This document shows, one piece after another, positions 59,339 to 64,000 of a DNA stretch of 64,000 bases. How positions within the stretch are numbered: the stretch's first letter is position 1; each line of letters begins with the position of its first letter. A program made the position numbers and the translations under genes. Below the pieces are notes generated by a model. It did not search any database. It saw only the letters and a list, made by a program, of their open reading frames with translations, and was not told where the DNA came from. The stretch comes from Neoconidiobolus thromboides FSU 785 (taxonomy: Eukaryota; Fungi; Entomophthoromycota): the NCBI GenBank assembly GCA_025603075.1, contig MU626366.1, forward strand, positions 10,492 through 74,491. The letters are read 5' to 3'.

Positions 59339-61745
59339 TTAACGAATCTTTTTAGATTCTTCAGGCAATTTAGGAGAAGGTGTTGGTGGTTCAACAATAA
59401 TCATTGAAGCATCAATTTCGTTATTTGGATTTTCATTAAGATTTGAAAGTGCAGAAATATCTAAATGACTTGGACGATTCTTATTATCTGAAGCAGTTAA
59501 TTCAGGAGTTGATTGAGAATTAATTTTAGGCGATAATGGAGATAATGGAGGTTGATTGTTAGTTAAGGTAGTAAGATTTGGATGAGAATTTGATCTCGAA
59601 ACTGAAGCCGAAGAATCGGAAGCATCATTATCTGAAAATAATCTTTCTGACATTAATTCAAATGGAGACATAAACCAATTTAATGCAGATTGAGTAGTTG
59701 GAGTCAATGTACCTGATCTAGGCTGTTCATTATCTGGGACAACAATTCTATAACGATCTAAATCAGGGAACAATTGAGGTCCTAAATCATTCACTAATTC
59801 TGTAATCTTTTGTGAAAGATCTTCTCTAATTTCTTGAACTTCTTTAATACCAGTATTACCTATCATATTATGAAATAATGGAGGAAGAGAACTAAAATAG
59901 GAATTAATATATTAAATAACAATAGCAATAGTAATAAAATTACCGATAAATATCTAATCCACGTTCACCAAATAACAAAGAAATATAGGATATAAAGGGT
60001 ACAGCAACAAAAGTAGTAACTGAATATAAAATTCTCTGAGTTAATGTAAAATTATAATTTCCAGATATAATAAAAGCCATAAATGCATAAAATCCATATA
60101 ATGTAGGTCCAAGTCCAAGGGCAATTAATAATTTCCAAGAAGAAATTACATCTCTAGCAGCTACTTTAACAGTAGATGCAGCAAGTGCCTCTAATTTAAT
60201 CAGTTAGTTTATATTCTATTAATTTTATGAATAATATTACCTTTTTGTTTCTTTTTAGAAACATAATGAGCAGTAATAAAAATTGGAGCATTTAAAATAG
60301 CCCTATATAATTAATTAATCATTATTACTAGCATATAAATTAATATATTTACCCAGGTAAAGCAACAAAAGAAAAAAAAGATAGCACAATTACTCTACGG
60401 AAAAATCTTAAAGTAGCTCTAAAGCGATTCATTTGAGTTGATTTAACTTGATGATCTCTAATACCAAATGTTTTTAATAATTCATTATATTCCATTATTT
60501 CTTGTTTAAGATCTTGAATACGTGGTTCATCTTTAAAATGAAGATAACCTTCAACTAATCGGCGATTTAATTGAACTACTTGACTAATTTTAAGTTTAGC
60601 ACCATTGCTACGATAAAGACGACGAGCTGCTTGTACAATCTAAAATTCAATTCAATTATTAAATGTATATTTATATTTATTAATATTTACTTTTAAAGTT
60701 TCATAATCTGGTGTATTTAAAGTTACATTTTTTAAAGCATCTGATATTTCAGATAGTAATTTAGTACCAGCTTGTCTTTTTTCTAAACCACCTTTTTTAA
60801 ATTGTTCTACCATTTCTTTAGAAATTGTAATTGGCTGACCATATTCAACAACTGCACGAGAACGAAATCTATCTGGATGAAAATAATTCATACCTGATAA
60901 AAGTAATATGAAATATTATTTATATTTAAATAAAAACAATAAACATAAAACTTACCACATGGAATAATTTTTACATTTAAATCTGGATTAGCAGCCATAG
61001 CACCAAGTGACATAATGGCAATACCAGCTAGTAAAATAAATATCATTTAATATGAATTAAATTAATGTATTAACTTACCTTTTAAGGGTAAAAGTTGAGT
61101 ACGATCATGGGAACCACCTTCAGGAAAAATACCAACACAGCCATTATTATCTAAAGTTTCATGAACTGCTTTATAAACAATGCTATGATCTAAATGAGGT
61201 ATAATTGTATAATCAGCTCCATCTTTTGATGTTAATCCAATCAAAGCATTAGCATCACTAAACTCTTTTTTAATTTTAATTTCCGTATCACTTAAAACCT
61301 CAACAACTTCTACACCTCCTTTACAATGTTTCAATACAATTTGATCACCAGCGTGTAGATCTTGAGTAAATTTAGAATCCGTTCCAGTAATTAATAAAGG
61401 ATTATTATATCTTTCTAAAATTCTCAATTTTCCTTTTCCTTCTTTAGCATAATCTTGGGCTCTGGCAACAGGAATTGAACCAGTTAATTTAGCCAAATCA
61501 CCAATTAAAGGTCTATCATATGATTTTTTTGCAATTAAATAATAAATTCTTCGACCTGAATGACGGTTTAATACTAAAGGGTCAAGAAACTGATTGGCAT
61601 GAGGAGCTGCTACAAAAAATACTGGACCTTCTTTTGGGATATAATGAGAACCTCTAGCTTCAATATCACGAAAAAATATATCAATTATTAAGGATAAAAA
61701 TCCATTAGTTAAATCAATAGGTAGTGTATTCCAGTTTATTGGCAT
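59339..61745 (-). CDS. SCT1: Glycerol-3-phosphate acyltransferase (fungal Sct1/Gpt2 type), multi-exon
   Basis: AAPHANQFLDP, IFPEGGSHDRTQLLPLK, GMNYFHPDRFRSRAVVEYG and KALAASTVKVAARDVISSWK. Confidence 0.92.
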
Positions 61746-62502
61746 TATTAAAATATTAAAAAGTAAAAGCTAATAAAATAGAATATTATTAATTTTTTTG
61801 TTATTTAATATACTTACGGAGATAAACTTCTTAAAGTGAATGGATTTGATTACCAGAAGAGATAATATTAATGAATTTAAGAACTAATCCCGAAAACCAA
61901 CCAATCATTGCTCAATTGTATAAAAAGCTAAAAATAGGTTTAAAACAATAAATTAGTAAAATAACACTATATGCTATTAGAGTGAAAAAAGTAAATATAA
62001 CAATTATATTTATTTAAGCTTATAAACTTGTTTAAAATTAAGCTTGAGTAAGAAACTAGTTACATTGATAATATTTACGTCTCATTTATAATTTTGAAAT
62101 GAAATTAATAATAAAATAATTAAACCTTCTATTCAAAGTTCCAAGTATTAATTTTTATTTGTTTATTTTTATTTTGATCAAATAAAACGATTAGAGAGCA
62201 TTTAATCCTCAAAAATTTAGTAAGTAATTGAGCTTTAGGTTTAAAATAACTCGAATTAAATGTACAAATAGTTAATAATATATGAATTGTATCAACTAAA
62301 AATTAATTATGTATTAATTCTTATTTTAAATTAGTATTAAGTAAAAATATATTATTAATTAATATTTCTTTTTAATTGTGCTATTTTTGGTAGAATGACA
62401 AAACAAACTAATTAGAATAAAATTACTACTAGCCATTACGTCAGCAATTTAAATCATCTTTTTGTTTTTATATCCGAAAATTATAAAGACAATCAAATAG
62501 TT

Positions 62503-62605
62503 TTGTGAGATATTTTTTTGTTTAAGAATTTTACTAACAATCTTTCCACTCAAATAGCGCTTAAAAAATGGCAAAATAATGAAATCAAAACAAACATCCC
62601 CATAT
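62503..62605 (+). mobile_element. Foldback repeat, copy 12
   Basis: TTTAAGAATTTTACTAACAATCTTTCCACTCAAATAGCGCTT...ACATCCCCATAT. Confidence 0.85.
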
Positions 62606-63097
62606 GATATTATTTATAAATTTAAATTTAAATAAAATTTTGTTTAAAATTTATTTTTGAAAAATTTAATGAACAAATAAAACTTTTACTGTATCATAAT
62701 ATTTATATTTTATTCAACAAATTTTTATTTAATATAACAATTAATTAGATTAGTCCTTAAAATTTTATTTTTAATTCTAATGCTATCATACGTTATCAAT
62801 TAAACATAATTTGATAGTATCATAATATTATAACCTTGTTTAGCCTTATTTTTTTAACTGTTTTGGTTATTTTATTATAAATAAAACTAATCATAAATAA
62901 CAAATAAATAGTATTATTTTAAAAGATTTATTGAGTAAATTAATAAAAATGAAACATCAAGTTAGTTAGGATGTTTGAAATAAAAATCTCCCTACCATTT
63001 TCTTATAATCTCTAGATTAAGTTTATCAATCAACGCCAGATCCTTTGATGTATCAGAATCTTCTAAGTTTTTCAAAAATTAATCAGTACATAAAGCA

Positions 63098-63201
63098 ATA
63101 TGGGGGATATATTCTTATGTCTAGGAATTTTACTAACAATTTTTCCGCTCAATAGTGCTTAAAGATGAAAAAAGTAACGAAGTAAAAAAACACCTTTATA
63201 T
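63098..63201 (+). mobile_element. Foldback repeat, copy 13
   Basis: ATATGGGGGATAT...TACTAAC...CACCTTTATAT. Confidence 0.8.
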
Positions 63202-63251
63202 AATAGAACGATTGTCAAGAGGTTTTGGTAATTGTAAAAATAGTAGAAAAC

Positions 63252-63357
63252 TATTGGGGGTGTTTTTTTAACTTCATTACTTTTTCCATTTTTTAAGCGC
63301 TATTTAAGTGGAAAATTTGTTAGTAAAATTCTTAAACACAAAAATACATCCCCTATT
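63252..63357 (-). mobile_element. Foldback repeat, copy 14
   Basis: Reverse complement close to consensus. Confidence 0.88.
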
Positions 63358-63526
63358 GTTCTTTTCTTTACAAAGAACATAGTGAAAAGAGTGGTTTTCC
63401 AGGGTTAGCAGAATTAATAGTATAGGGGAATAATCCTGAAAAGTAATTATATCAACATAAATTAAGAAATTCAATGCTATACTTATTTGATAATTGTAAA
63501 AGCGCCTTAAACACTTGTGACTTTCC

Positions 63527-63632
63527 GTATAGGAATGTATTTTTGTATTCAATAAATTTACTAACAATTTTTTCACTCAAATAGGGCTTGAAAAATGGAA
63601 AAGTGGTGAAGCCAAAAAAAACATTACCATAT
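63527..63632 (+). mobile_element. Foldback repeat, copy 15
   Basis: TATAGGAATGTATTTTTG...TACTAAC...CAAATAG...ACATTACCATAT. Confidence 0.8.
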
Positions 63633-64000
63633 TGATTATGACAGGTCATTAGCTGCTTGTTAAAATCCAAGCTTCAGTTTTCGCTATAGCATAAAACTAT
63701 ATATGTCATTCTTTCATAAGAATATATTAAAGTCTCAAAGTATTTGTGAAATATCGCTCTGTCAGCCCCATGGTTAATTATAGCATAATAATCCCCTAAG
63801 CTGTCGTGTTCTCGATTATAGAGACAATTAGTCCCATGCTCTTATTCTGATTTGTTAAGAGAATTTCTATCTTCGTCTCAAAGGATATTCTCCCCTCATT
63901 TTGATATCTATACTTATCGGAGTATAAAAGAGATTCTAAAACATAATAGCCCGAGGCTTTTTAACTGAATTAATCCCTGATATCTCGAACATTTAATAAA

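Overview
This is AT-rich eukaryotic nuclear DNA with dense genes and short GT-AG introns (most of those I delimited are 43-55 nt). The gene set mixes fungal-type genes (Sct1/Gpt2-type GPAT, Tsc10, Ecm27-like CCX, Ecm15-like) with genes lost in most Dikarya (VMP1, MCM8). This points to an early-diverging fungus; a Conidiobolus-like Zoopagomycota is my unverified guess. I support about 24 protein-coding genes. Five were rebuilt by manual exon splicing because the ORF track misses them or shows only a fragment: PTAR1/Ecm9-like, an Ecm15-like thiamine-binding protein that needs a 7-nt micro-exon, a TEN1-like CST subunit, a ROGDI/Rav2-like gene and glyoxalase II. The main non-genic structure is a ~105-bp foldback repeat with 15 full-length intergenic copies plus relics. 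It has the form ATAT-GGGGATGT...ACATCCCC-ATAT and looks like a MITE. Its left arm holds a 48-nt GT...TACTAAC...YAG segment resembling a complete spliceosomal intron of the local modal size. I found no tRNA, rRNA or CRISPR. All homology calls come from motif recognition, not database searches.
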